Shown: positions 39,887 through 52,931, counted from the first letter of the whole stretch. The stretch is DNA of 63,924 bases, filler included, from Neolecta irregularis DAH-3 (GCA_001929475.1; 10 parts of 10 records of this genome joined end to end with filler, not necessarily neighbours in it); one strand, 5' to 3'. The notes: a model not told the origin generated them from the sequence alone. Numbers and translations: made by a program.

Positions 39887-40732
39887 ATGTTGTTGGAATT
39901 GTTGTTGTTCCCCCTTGTGTTAGCCGATCTCGATTCAGCTGTTGCGAACTCGGGGTTTCCCACGTCACAGAGCTATCCGATGGACAAAATATATCATCCA
40001 TACAACGGCGAAACGTCGATTCGAACTGTTTGTCACACGGTACATCTCCAGGATAGACCTTTTATCAAGCTTTCAGTAATATCAAATGGAGTCAGGCTTG
40101 TTGATCGTTTCTTTCCTTGTGAGGGTGAAGAGAAGTGTATTTCTATTGAGCATGGACTGGCGACGTGCATAAATAAGGACTCGGCGACAACTACTATTCA
40201 AACCGACTTGACCCAGACAAAGATTGGCAGAGAGATGTACGTACTTGAACAAGTCACGAAAAAATATCCGCACGAAGCTCTCCTGTTTTTGCCTTTCTCA
40301 GCAAATGTCCTAGTTTCAGCTATCTATTGTTCAAGGAACCAGGCCAAGATCAGTTATGCTCTTCGTGGTATCGTCGTCAACGATCCGCTCGTTAGACGGT
40401 GTCAACACGGATGTGAGCCGGGATACCTTCACAACGCATCCGGCGGATGTAGTTCTGAGTCTTCCGGTACGAGGAAATATTTCACCGATTTGCTTTCTCA
40501 GAAGACGTATATGGCAGCATTTCGTGGTGCGCCTGATTCAACCGGCCTTTCCGAGTTATTGGCGTCAACGAAGGAATTGAGTGGGCGACACAATCATCAC
40601 ACTGACGCTGCAAATGACAGTGATGGCGACAATTCAGATGCCCAGGCATGGGATGATTCCGATGATCTTGAATTTGAAATGCTCTATCAAGATCTTGATA
40701 GTGATGAATATTCAAGACATTATGTTCGGTAG
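39887..40732 (+). CDS. Hypothetical secreted protein with acidic C-terminus
   Basis: Intronless ~281-aa ORF from MLLELLLFPLVLA (signal-like); TATA-like tttatataa ~45 nt upstream. Confidence 0.55.
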   Translation: MLLELLLFPLVLADLDSAVANSGFPTSQSYPMDKIYHPYNGETSIRTVCHTVHLQDRPFIKLSVISNGVRLVDRFFPCEGEEKCISIEHGLATCINKDSATTTIQTDLTQTKIGREMYVLEQVTKKYPHEALLFLPFSANVLVSAIYCSRNQAKISYALRGIVVNDPLVRRCQHGCEPGYLHNASGGCSSESSGTRKYFTDLLSQKTYMAAFRGAPDSTGLSELLASTKELSGRHNHHTDAANDSDGDNSDAQAWDDSDDLEFEMLYQDLDSDEYSRHYVR

Positions 40733-41274
40733 ACGTTTGGAACAATTTTCTAATATAGCGGTCGCTGAACCATTATTTTTCTTACAAGGCCTTTGAATGC
40801 GGTGTATACTCATCTTCCAATATAAACAGCATATCGTTCCCCGTTGAGTCAAGAGATAGTCATTTCCCTTCCATGGGGCCCGGCTTAATTCCAATGTAAT
40901 ATCCGGATATCAATTATACATCTTTGCTTCGTTTGAAAGGTTTCGAGTGCATCCAGATTGATTTACAGGAGCCTGACGATACCGAATGTGTAGCAGAAAG
41001 AGGCTAGAGCTATCCAACGGATTCAGGAGACATGTTTGACAGCAGTGATTTCGAAACAAACGAGGCCTTGGTATGTGGGTCGATAATAACAGGGTTTCAC
41101 CATAAAAGGCGTCCTTCCGGGAAATCAGGTGAGGGGAGTTTAAAGGGCTGATGGCGGGAGCCACTACTTGTAAAATCTTTCTACAATCTCCGATTCCAGA
41201 ATCTTTCCACAATCGTTCCAGAATCTCCGTTTCTCCATGAGAACAGGATAAATCCCGGGCGGGTGTTCTTCGCT

Positions 41275-42280
41275 ATGCGTCCCTGGCTGCGCGATCCGCT
41301 CTACCGCCGCATTGCCCCGAAATCTCTGCGCCCTCTCCCGCGGCCGGCCTCTTTTTTCCCCGCGCGCATCCGGCAGCCGCACTATGTCCGCCTGCAGGGC
41401 TCGTCGCCGTGGCGGCCCGGCATCAGGGACATCCGCGAGAACCAGGCGGCTGTGGACTCGCTGCGATACACGGGAGCGCTGGCCGCCGCCTGTCTCGCCC
41501 ATGCGGCGTCGCTTCTCGCGCCCGGCGTGACAACGCAGGCTGTCGAGCAGCAGGTGCGGCGGTGGGCCGAGCGGCGAAACGTGTATCCCAGCCCGCTCGG
41601 CTACAACGGCTTTCCCGCGGCGCTGTGCACCAGCATCAACAACGTGGTTGCGCACGGCATCCCCGACGAGTGCGTTAAGTAGATAGGGTTCGCACTGACC
41701 GCAGGACCGCGCTCGTCAATGGCGACATCGTCAACCTGGACATCACGCTCTACGGGAGCGATCCCGCGGCAGACACGGCGGTCCATGCGGACACCTCGGC
41801 CACCTTCAGCGTCGGCCAGTGTTCCCCGCACTCCGCACGCCTCATGGCGGCCGCGGAAAGAGCATTGGCCGGTGCAATCCGTGTCTGTGGCCCCGGCGTG
41901 CCCTACCGCGAAATCGGCCGCGCAGTCGACAAGGTCGCAAGCGACGCCGGCTTTGAGACCCTACCAGAGCTGTGTGGCCATGGCATCGGCGAGGAGTTTC
42001 ACCAGTTTCCCGTCGTCGCACACACCTTTGAACCAGACAACCAGGAGACCATGCAGCCTGGCCACGTGTTTACTATTGAACCGCAGGGCCCCCGTTGTAA
42101 CCCCCCCAGTGACGTCGTAGGTGTCTTGTAGAAGGATCGGCCTCCGCAGTCGTGCTGTGGCCGGACCAGTGGACGTTGTCGACCCACGACGGAAGCCGCA
42201 GCGCACAATTTGAGCATACATTAATGATCACCGAGACCGGCGCAGAGGTCATGACCCGGCACGGGGCCGGCCTTACGTAA
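41275..42280 (+). CDS. Methionine aminopeptidase type I (probably mitochondrial, MetAP1D-like)
   Basis: [55 protein letters not shown]; Arg-rich N-terminal presequence. Confidence 0.9.
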
Positions 42281-45022
42281 TGATATATCCCGACCCGTCT
42301 ACAATCTCCTGCCTCAACACGCTTCTAAGAATCCACTCGCTTCCATACACGGCCCCTGTCTTGCCTTCCTTGTGTGCCGCCTTCAGAAACTTGTCCTTGT
42401 ATTTCTGTTCCTCGTTGGAGGTCGTGATCAACACCGGCTGTGTCTTCCCAAAATTGCCTCCCTTGCCTTTCAACGAGGCTACGGAAATCGCTTTTCCGCC
42501 ATTTGCATTGACGATTCCACACAGTGGCGCCACTCCTCCTTTAATGCTATTAGTAGCCACAATAGTATAATCCTTGAACAACGTCGCGCCATTCTTGTCT
42601 GCTCGAGAGCGCGATTCTTCAAGGTTGCACTGATACTTTGCTTCCCCTTCAGAATCTTCTAGTGGGTATTTAATCGGGTCTAGTATATAAGCGACGAAAA
42701 GGATTTCTATACCGATAATAGCTTTGGAAGAAACACATGCTTCGATCCATCGGGTAGAAACTAAAACATCGACAAATGGAAACGTCCGAAGAAATTTCTC
42801 CGTTCGGAGAACACCCGGCGCCGCAAGATGAGTACATTCGTCCGGTTCATCAACAATCTCCACACCCATAGACTCTAATACCTATCCAAATAAGCCCTAA
42901 TAGATATAGCGTATACCCGTATACTCTTCCCAGTTGTATCTTGAAAACCAGTATGCATCAGTCTTATACCGTCGCCTTTTCCATTAAACTCCAAAGTCAA
43001 TTTCGCCTTTTTGTTCGTTCCCCCATCCTCGTGATTTCTCTTCTTGATTGGTTTTCGTTTAAGCGTTTCCGGAGGATCAGCCATGGTCTTGCGCTTCCTT
43101 TCCTTCTCAAATGCATTCATATCTGGCATTATCGTTTCGGAAAGTCTCGTTTGAGCAGCACTTGCCGCTTTGCGTTTTCCTGTCGATAACTTTTCATCCT
43201 GGGGGTCGGAAATTGGTGTTGATAAACGGGGTTGCTTTTTCTTTATTGATTGGACAGCCGAGGTTGGATTGTTACTTTTGGTGCAAGTGTTTGCTGAACC
43301 GTTTGCTGAATCGTTTGCTGAACCGTTTGCTGAACCGTTTGGTGCTGTTGAACCCTGAATCTTGTCTCCTTCTTCTTGTCCCTCTGTTTCTTCTCCTGTT
43401 TCTTCTTCTTCTTCATAAAACTGCACTAGACACTCAGGATCGATACCGGTAGAGTTGATAATTTGCATAAGGTTTGACTGTTGAGGAAAGGTCGTGAATT
43501 GAGTGTCGGTAAGGGCCCTGACGCTCCACGTTGCATACGATTCTTCAAGCCACATATGATTGACAATGTTGATGTTCCAATCCTTGGCGACTTTGTATTT
43601 TTCACCAGTCTCGCTGATATTGTCAATTTCTTCACCATGGGTGAAAATACTTGGCTGCGATAAGGTGAGTATTTTCAGGCTTCATATTCCGCGTATACCG
43701 CGCACCACACGCCTGGATTAGCTTTTCAAGATATGTGCGTGCTTCTCCAGTATAGTTGGTGACCGTAATCACGAAATCTTGCATCCCCGGAATGCCTCCC
43801 TGCACAAGCGGATAATGAAGGAGATATTTCAGTGGACTCGTCCACTTATCATTTGCGCACATCCAATAAAGCCAGGTCAAATTTCCAACGACAAGATTCT
43901 TCCTGCTGGCCTAGAGATTAGAGCTTGCCCCGATAGAATTGGCCGGGCCTGGACATATTCTTCACCTTTCCTATACGCGCCGATATATATCGTTGCATCT
44001 TCCAATCTCTCAACAGTCCATCCACCCACATTCATAATAACCGCCTTCAATGTATCAATCACGCGATTACCCAGCTTCAAGTCGCCGCCAAAGAAAAATT
44101 TCTTTCCTTCAAAGCTCAATTGAATTGGCTTGGGTGGAGGCTTTTCAGTATCGATAGGATGTGTATATTTCTCGCCTCCACTCAATGGAGCTTTTCCTTT
44201 ATCTGAGTTCTCCATGACATTAAAGATAGGTGGGTCGGGAAAGAGATATGGCGTAGGATCTATCCTCCGTCGAAGTTTAAGGCACATATCAAACCTTTTA
44301 TTAATCGATTAAAATGACATCTTATATACCAATGAGGCAAAACAATTTTGATATTGAGATTTGCTCTTGACATTGCTTGCTGACATTTCTCCTAGAACGG
44401 TCAATCGGCAGTCGGCAAGTCATACAAACGCTTTTATCGTTCAATGCGAATATATACGTGACACTCCGGGTCAAATTATCACAAAATTGACCTCCCAAAG
44501 CACAAATTCCTCCATATATTGCGTCTCGGTCGCCAGGAGGAATCTCATTCGATAAGGACAATATTATAATCAGTCAGTTACCTCTGAGCACGAGACAGTC
44601 AACCCGGAAAATATCATCTTCGGATCAGCAGAATACATTGTCGCGCTTTCAGTAAGTTGCACGTTTCGAAATAGACAAGTACGCTTGAATCGTCTTCTTC
44701 TTGGAAGAAATTTTGACCCATTCTGGCTAATTCATTAGTACCCAGTTCTATCGGATATGTACCGTCACGACGAATATGCTCCGCCCAACAGCCTCCTCAA
44801 AATCTAGAAAGTCGACGTGAGATGATATGATATGGGTGCATTGATCCAAATTGACTCTGTTTTCGGGAACTATAGGAATTTCTTTCGCATCGTTTTCTTC
44901 AAGAAGTTGCTTTATCTATTCCAGAATTAGCCATCGATATGATATGTATATCGATACACCTCCTCAGAGAGCGACTGGTCGATATCTAACATAGAATACT
45001 GAATTCCGCTAAAAAGAGGCAT
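42273..45022 (-). CDS. Multi-BRCT DNA repair scaffold (Brc1/Rtt107-like)
   Basis: Repeated BRCT motifs: [61 protein letters not shown]. Confidence 0.88.
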
Positions 45023-45058
45023 GGCGGCCAAAATTTCAAAAGTTGCGCGACGTGCTTT

Positions 45059-45064
45059 ACGCGT
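45059..45064. promoter_or_regulatory. MCB element (ACGCGT) upstream of BRCT gene
   Basis: Exact ACGCGT ~37 nt upstream of the ATG, with a CGCG half-site at ~45045. Confidence 0.5.
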
Positions 45065-45666
45065 TTAAATTGCCCAGGTATTTTACAATACGTTTGTTTA
45101 TAATAAAGTACTAGAATCTGGTAATAGCAATAGTTGCAAGAGAAAATAAACACTAATCAAGAAGCAGCCTCATGATGTTTTGGTGGCGATAAAAGTAGGA
45201 TACATCTGTGTTCTCTCCATCTTCTGTACTACGTGCCTTATTTGTGATTTATCTGTTAAACCGGGCGAATTTATTGATAATGCCTATCTGATCTCGTTTA
45301 TTTAGCCCATTATCCAAATCTGATCATTTAACTTCATAGACTCGGATGTCTGAGTGAATAAGACTTGACCGATTGATTAGTATAGAAAATTCTCCCCCTT
45401 CATAATTTGTGCAAAATTTTGAAATGGTTGGATTTTTCAAGTGGTTGTTGGCGGTTACCGGCTCTACTAGGGTTCGGCTTCCTCACATCCCGACGTCTCT
45501 AGTTCACCCTAGTTCATCATAAACTACACTCCAGATTCACTATTCCTTTAGGACTTGCATTAATTATAATTATGGCCCCACATTCATACTCTTCTGGGTA
45601 TAGCATATCAGTCATGGCCTTTTTACAGCCATACATTCGCCTTTCAATCGATACGGCATATTACTC

Positions 45667-46954
45667 ATGTCACTGCTTGCATTTGAAACTACCTCTTTCA
45701 TATTCCCTGCTGCTTATCCTCGAGAGTTCAAAAGATGTACCCAGAGCCCAGAAGATCGCTTGACTATCGCTGTCAAAAGATACACCCCACTGAACAACCC
45801 ATACCCAGGAAGGAACGATGTCTCATTTGTAGTAGCCCATGCGAACGGTTTCCACAAGGTAGCTATCCTATTTATGCCCAAATTGACCTCCAGGAGCTGT
45901 ATGAACCATTTCTAGACGAATTGCTCGCGCGATCAGAGCATCTTGGATTCAAAATTCGCAATGTCTGGGCCATGGATGCTGCACACCAAGGGGAGTCTGG
46001 TGTTCTCAACGAATATACACTTGGCGATCAGTGTATTTTATTCATATGAATCATAAATACTCACATCGAGATGCTTGGGATGACGGTGCGAGGGACATCG
46101 AGGTTATGATCAGACAATTTGACATCCGTCAGCCCTTGATCGGGATTGGTCACAGGTGAGAGCCCATATTGATACGTACGGCTAATAAGACAGTTTGGGA
46201 GGCTATCATATGGTTTTGGCGTCGCTACGACATCCAAGACTATTCGTTGCAATCATTGGGATGGATCCCGTTATTGGCCCGCTCACCTCTCTTTCAGAGT
46301 CCCTAGCAGCAAGCTCAGCCAAAAGACGGGACATATGGACATCCAGAGAAGATGCAGCCAAATACTTTTCAAGTCGACCATTTTACCAAAATTGGGATCC
46401 TCGAGTTTTAAAACTTCATCTCGTAGGTACCTTGAAATTACACATGCTGATATTCAGAAATATGGCCTGAGAGATCTTCCAACAGCAACATATCCTGACA
46501 AGAAGGGCGTAACACTGACAACCACAAAGCATCAAGAAGTTTGGACATTTAAAAAACCAACCCCGGACGGCATTTTTGACCCCTTTGAGCTTCGCTATGT
46601 CGAGGATCAACATCGCTATGTCGCGGAGTACCTTTCAATGATTCAGTGTTCGACATTCTTCCTTGTCGGCGGAAAGAGTGCTGTCGCTCCGCCCAAAATC
46701 GACAATTCACCGAAAAGTGAACTAGTTGTGATGAAAAACGCCGGTCATCTCATTCCCATAGAAAATCCTTCAGAGAGTGGTATTTATCTATCATTAAGGG
46801 CTAAAACTAGTCGGTAGCCGATATAATAGCCCCATTCTGTGAAAAGTGTCTGAAAAGATATATCAGGGAGCGTGATGAAGACGAGAAAACTCCGCGCGAT
46901 AGATATCTGGATGAGAAAATCATGGGAGCATTGAAATCAGAGTCGAAATTGTAG
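45667..46954 (+). CDS. Peroxisomal alpha/beta hydrolase (Lpx1-like)
   Basis: AHANGFHK/ELYEP, WAMDAAHQGESGVLN, GHSLGG nucleophile elbow, AGHLIPIENP, C-terminal SKL (PTS1). Confidence 0.85.
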
Positions 46955-47134
46955 GCGATCCCATAGCATCAGTATTTTCTTCAAGCAGGGCATTGGATTA
47001 CAGTCCAAGCCTTGAGCTATATTTGACAAAATATCTTAGGGAGTTTGTCAGAACAGCGTAGCTTCACCTTGCGAGACTTCTTTTTACAACCGTCCAATCT
47101 CAACATTCCAATGAAGCGATATTGTTTCTTGACT

Positions 47135-47284
47135 GGTCCTACAAGTAAGCACCTACAGGTCTACTTATGGGAAACAGAAATAGCTGTGTTGGTTATAAAA
47201 ACCTAGACTCTGACCAAAGGAAAGCCAAACAAGAGACCCCTTTAAAATATCCTCCAAAAGATTACTATATCATTTTCGTACCAC
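47135..47284 (+). repeat. Dispersed ~140-bp repeat, copy 2
   Basis: Inverted match to 11541-11681. Confidence 0.8.
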
Positions 47285-47409
47285 TTGTTGAAATATCAAG
47301 GAGGTTTTATCAGGATGATACAAGAAATGCATAAATGGTCTATAAATATAATTGAAATAATCCAAGTTATTACGAGACAATTTCTGCACTCTCATGATTT
47401 AATATACTG

Positions 47410-47804
47410 AGAGGATGCCGATGCGAATGCGACTTCCAATGCTAATTCCAATGCGACCATGCGACCAATGCAGCCAATGCCACTTCCAATGCGAATTCGA
47501 AACCCCCACGCCCGTCCATAGCAGCTCGAAAGGTATTCCGCACACTACACGTAATAATACAAGATGGCGCCTCATCTGCAAAATGGACGCACAAGCAGCA
47601 GGAACTGGTGTCGGGCAAACCCGGCGCGGCAGGAACCGGAGACGAGTATGCCGACAGCGAGCGAGGGGCGTGTCTGCTGTGCCAGCGGCAGTTTCGCAGT
47701 GTCGAGACCCTGCACCGCCACACGCACCACAGCGAGCTGCACCGCCACAACCTGCAGAATGCAGCCACTCGCAAGGCAGCGGCACAAGGCGTACCGGCAG
47801 CCGG
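47410..47804 (+). pseudogene. Fragment of RBM5/RBM10-like RNA-binding protein (C2H2-like zinc finger), frameshifted and lacking the 5' part
   Basis: MAPHLQ/KWTHKQQEL...YAD...CLLCQRQFRSVETLHRHTHHSELHRHNL; needs 1-nt corrections; upstream DNA is non-coding. Confidence 0.55.
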
Positions 47805-48159
47805 NNNNNNNNNNNNNNNNNNNNNNNNNNNNNNNNNNNNNNNNNNNNTTAATTAATTAANNNNNNNNNNNNNNNNNNNNNNNNNNNNNNNNNNNNNNNN
47901 NNNNCACCCCGCCTCCTCCCGCGCCTTGCTCGTCTCTGCCCACGACGCCGGCCATCGTCGCGGTCAAGATCGTCTCGCTCGCCTCTGTCGTCCGCGCCTC
48001 CTCCCTGAGCGTGCTCCACGCCGTCCGCAAAGAAGAAAAACGTATCCTGCGCTCCTCACTCGCCCCTGCATCATCTCCCTGCCCCCAGTACTCCTTCGAC
48101 TCCGCCTATGCCGCTTCCTGCCAGGCCGGCCGGAGCCGCTGGTGCCTGCTGACCGCTAG

Positions 48160-48420
48160 GCCGTCGAGCCCCCCCTGCCGGTCAACACCACGCTCGACCA
48201 CCACGGTCGCATCTTCAAGTATCGCCGCTTCATCTGCGTACTGCCCGGCGCGCACTGCCAGCTGCTGCTCTGCGTCCTCGTCCGGTTCGCCATCCTCGCC
48301 TCCAAGGCCGGGAACAACCGCATGACCGCCGCTAACCTCGCCGTCATCTTCCAGTCCGTCGTCCTCATCCGGAACCAGGCCCACTTCCTCCTTGACGGGA
48401 TGACCCTCATCCAATATTTG
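48160..48420 (+). pseudogene. Degenerate RhoGAP (Sac7-like) C-terminal fragment
   Basis: LPGAHCQLLLCVL...ASKAGNNRMTAANLAVIFQ...LIRNQAHFL. Confidence 0.6.
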
Positions 48421-49295
48421 TTATGGTTAGGTACACCGCTCGACTAGAGGATCCTAGCAAGGGTGCCCTGGCTCAGCCGGAATACACCCGAACACGTTTC
48501 AGAAAATACTCGCGTGAAGCCGTCGGAGAAAACGAGCGAGCCCTTCCTTTTACTCGATTTCACGATGGGGTCGGTAGAATGGTTCGGAAAAAGGAATTTG
48601 GAACTTCGCGAGCTCGATTGCTCGTGGAGACCGTGCACTTCGTTACCGAGCTCCTTAAGAACTTTGATGGAGGTACTGGGCGCTGATTTCCTCTTCATTA
48701 AACATATTTAAGCCGACCGAGCCGCCAAGCGATGACGACGAGCCTATTAGGCTCACGGTCGGATTAATCCATATATGAGCCCGCCTGCACGTATCGAAGT
48801 CATGGTAATTGAGGAAGCTGGTGGTTTCGTATTTTTCTATTGGTTCAGAAAACGATAAAATTTAAATTTAAATTTCTTTAGGATCTTAGATCCGCTCGAT
48901 ACATATTTGGTATCGGTACAATAGCATATTCCACTCAGAATGTTGTAGGTCCTTCTTAGTATATAACTCTTTGCGGGTTTTCATCCTTTGGAAAGATTTC
49001 ATATATCCTGTATTATTTAAAAACGTCGAGATACCTGGAGAGATTTAGATAGCTTACGCGGTTCTACGACCAAGACACCAAACCTTCTACACAACAGTTG
49101 GAGATAATGAATCCTGAGGGAAGAACCAAATTTGTGCCAGTACTTTATACTCTTGATATTCCAGATATATTTAATGTTTTCAAGTATCTTTCATATTATG
49201 GAATAGACTGTGTTTCAGTGAAGTGGCACTAAGGGAGGTAATCCAAAATTCTTATGAAATGAAAATAGAATCAGAAATATCCAGCATGCCAGTGC

Positions 49296-52200
49296 CTAAC
49301 GCTTCTCCACTAATAGAAAGTGCAAAGCAAAATATGCAAGCACTACGAAAACACCTAAAATAATAAGTTGAATACTTGTTTAAAGACTGCAGTACCTTCA
49401 AATATCGCTAGTCCAATAATATCTTGCCAAAACGCCGTCACATCAAATCCAAATGTGCTTAGTATCGTTGCTCCTGGCACCTCGATCGAAAGCCCAAATT
49501 TCTGCTCCGAGAGACTGAGATATCTTACCTCATTAACTAGTAAGGCTTCAAAAGCGTAATGAAAGAATGACAGGCTTTGCAACCACAGAGCCTGTGGTGG
49601 TATAGAATCTGCGAGTAGTCTCAGTAGAGTACCAGAATATGATTTTTACCATGATTAAGAAGTAATCCCGCAAAAAGCAGACTGAAGAGCATCATTAAAC
49701 TTCCGAAAAGACTCGCAACGCCAAGTTCCTTGAATACAATGCCAATGAACAAACAAATTGCCGCAGCAGTAAGGTTGAAAAGCACAAGAACTAGGATGAA
49801 TTTAAAAAACTCTGGAACCTCGGGTACTAGTCCAACCATCGGATAGATAATTAATCCCATGACAATAGGAGGAATGACTCTCAATGGTATGATATCGAAT
49901 AGTACCTTGAAAAGTGAGTTGACCTATCAATGTTTGAGAGACCTTTGAAGCAAAGTATGTCACCGGAGCATAGTAACCATTCGCTCGTTCTCTAACAAAG
50001 AGATTTCTCTCGCCGGCAAAAATGTTCAAGGATGAAAGTGTGCTGAAGCCAAACAGCGCCAGGATAAAAAAGAACAATCCCAGTCTGTTTTGGAACCCTG
50101 AAATGTCGTTGCTAACATTAAAAAATAAGAAACCGCAAAGTACTAGTTCCGTGAGTTGGTTCAAGGGTAGTGGGACCAATACGAGCAAGTAATACAGCAA
50201 TTGCATAATGCGTTAGCATAAGCATTGGGTTGCGGTAAAGGTTTTTAAAAGTCCGGCTTGACAGAATGCTAAACTGTTGTAACCAACCAACTCGTTTGTA
50301 ACCACGCGAAGCCGGCGCCATCTCCTGATTTGTGGAATGTTGATCGATCTCTTTGTGAATGTCTGATTTGATCTTTTTGAAGATGTCACTGCTTTGATAA
50401 GCTTCGACAAGGGCCTCAAAGCGAGCAGAAAGCAGAGAATTAGTTTCTCCTGTCGATGTATTGTCTTCTACTCTCTCTCTATTGCTTTGAACAACCCTAC
50501 TATTCGCCAGCTGACTTGTGGTTTCAAGGTCGTTCAGGGCAGTATCGCTTCGAGAGGCTGATGCCAAAAGGCGCTGTTCATCTTGAGCAAGCAAATGAGA
50601 CCTTGATGCATTCGCCTCAGTTCCCTCTTGATTGTTATCCATGTAGGAATCTTGGCTTTTTTCGTGCCAGGCATGCATTGTGAGATCGACTGCAGTATGT
50701 GAATTACAATAGAGAATGGATTGTACCCAGATAATCCGCAATGTTAAAACCCGCAGGACATGGAAACCCGATATTTTCAAAATACGATTGGCAGTTGGAG
50801 AGATCGCCAGAGTATACCATTTTTCCATGGGCGAGTAACAAAAGATGGTCAAACAGCGCGACTATATTGGATCGCGGTTGATGAATAGTAAATACGACCG
50901 TTCTATTGTAATTCCGCGCGAGGGCAACGAGGTTTTCTACAACATTGAATGCATTGTACGAATCCAATCCGGAGGTCTATCAGAATTAGACGCTATATCT
51001 GCGAGTTTACCGCACTGGCTCGTCGAGAAACAGAATAGAAGGGCTTGTAACAAGCTCGCAGGCAATACTGACTCTTCGTTTCTCACCACCGCTGATTCCT
51101 CGAGCTCCTTCACTTCCAATCATCATATCTCGAATAGGCAGGATTCCAAGCTCGTGCATTGTCTCGAGAACTCTGCATCGTTTTGCCTCAAGACTCATAT
51201 CTCGAGGAAGACGAAGCCGCGCTGAATACATGATCGTCTCGAAAACTGTCAAAGTAGGAAGTAACGAGTCTTCTTGATCAACGAATCCCGAGATTTTTCT
51301 GAATTCTGAATCCGAGATCTCTGCTCCGTTTACAAGGACCTTGCCGGTCACAAGTCCACGTTTGTTTTTGCGAGCAAGAATATCCAGAAAGGAAGTTTTA
51401 CCCGCGCCGCTTGCACCCACGATAGCCATGACTTGACCATGTTGGACAGTACCTTGTACGTCGCTCAAAATTTGCTTGCTTGCGACGGCATAAGAGATAT
51501 CTTTGAAGGACAACGTTGCAGGTTCGTGAGTAGACATCAATTTGGCGACTTCTTCCTCTGGAATTTGAGACTGGCGGAATCGACTTGGCCTCGAGTATAA
51601 TCGGGCAAAGAACCATAATCCTATACTAAGCCAAATCCATGATTTTGTACAAACCGAGTACCAAGAAAATGAGTAGCACTATAGCACCCGAAAGGCTTGC
51701 TGCAATCAACGGGGTGTTGCTCGGCTTTTCGGGGTGCTTGATGTTAAAAAGGTGATTTATTGTTCATACTTGATAGCCTGGGACTTCAGTGTAGTGCAAA
51801 CATTCCCCGGAATTGCAATTTAAAGTTATTGATGTATCGCCAAAGACTGACTTTATGAGATCGTTCATAGCGGGTTCTTCAAAGCGGCAACTGTTGTCGT
51901 TGGATGAGCATGAAAATGATCCAGGTCCTTTGATCGATTCGGTCAAGAACTCTGAGATATCTACCATTAAAGAGGGTTCTGAGAGCAATATACCGATGGA
52001 ACCGTCCTCGCCACAGAGCAGTCGATCTGGCACGCACTTGCATTGAACTTTTTCGCAGTCGTACTTTGTGGTGTTGGAATTGTACTGGATATCTGTATTG
52101 TGAGTTTTGATATAGACGTAAACACACCCTCCTCAAAGGTGCAAGAATTCAGCCCGCAGTAGAAACTTTCGATTTGGTCAACCCAGACTACCGATAAGCC

Positions 52201-52828
52201 GCGAGAAATATAAAAGTTAAAGCCAACACTGGAAGTTGCACTGTTGGAGTTCCCTATTGCAGGAAAAGGTCACTTGCGGTAGTTTTTCCTTCAACTGGTC
52301 CAGTATTTTCCTGTCTGAGTGATCAAAGAAGCATTTGCGAGTCCAAACATACTTGTAACATTGCACATCTGGTGGTTCTCTTTGACGGTGAGACCGCCCT
52401 TGTAGCAGACTCCATCGATTCCTCCTGGCATCAAGGCACCGCAAGCCGAGTCTGTCTGGCAGACTGAGATTCAGCACAAGAACAAAAATGCGCAACCATT
52501 GCAGTTGATACCGCTCCATCCATCTGAACAGGAGCATCTATTCCCTTCACGCGGATAACGTCGCGGACCGTCAGCGAGAGCCCCGCAAACTGCAATCAAG
52601 TCAGGAATTAAATAAACGGCGGCCGAATACCCGGAACCAAGCAGTCGTCGGCGCCAAAACCAGGCGGACACAGACACTTTCCGTCGTAAGAGTTGCAGCG
52701 CGCAAACTGGGCACAGTCAAAGACCGGCAGCAGACAATTAAAGCTGCATGGTTAGTATTCATATCTGCGGCGGGGTACCAGGGCGGGCATTCCTCTGTAC
52801 GACGTAGCAGCGGCGAAAACTGCTGCAT
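49296..52828 (-). CDS. ADP1: ABCG half transporter with N-terminal EGF-like Cys-rich region (Adp1); start uncertain
   Basis: Cys-rich exons, [54 protein letters not shown]. Confidence 0.92.
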
Positions 52829-52931
52829 CTAGTATTTGAGAGGACAGGCGATTATGAATTTGGAAATGCAGGAGGAGAAATATGGTGAACGAGATTAAGT
52901 GGTGGTCTGGATAGGCGTCACGTTGATTATT

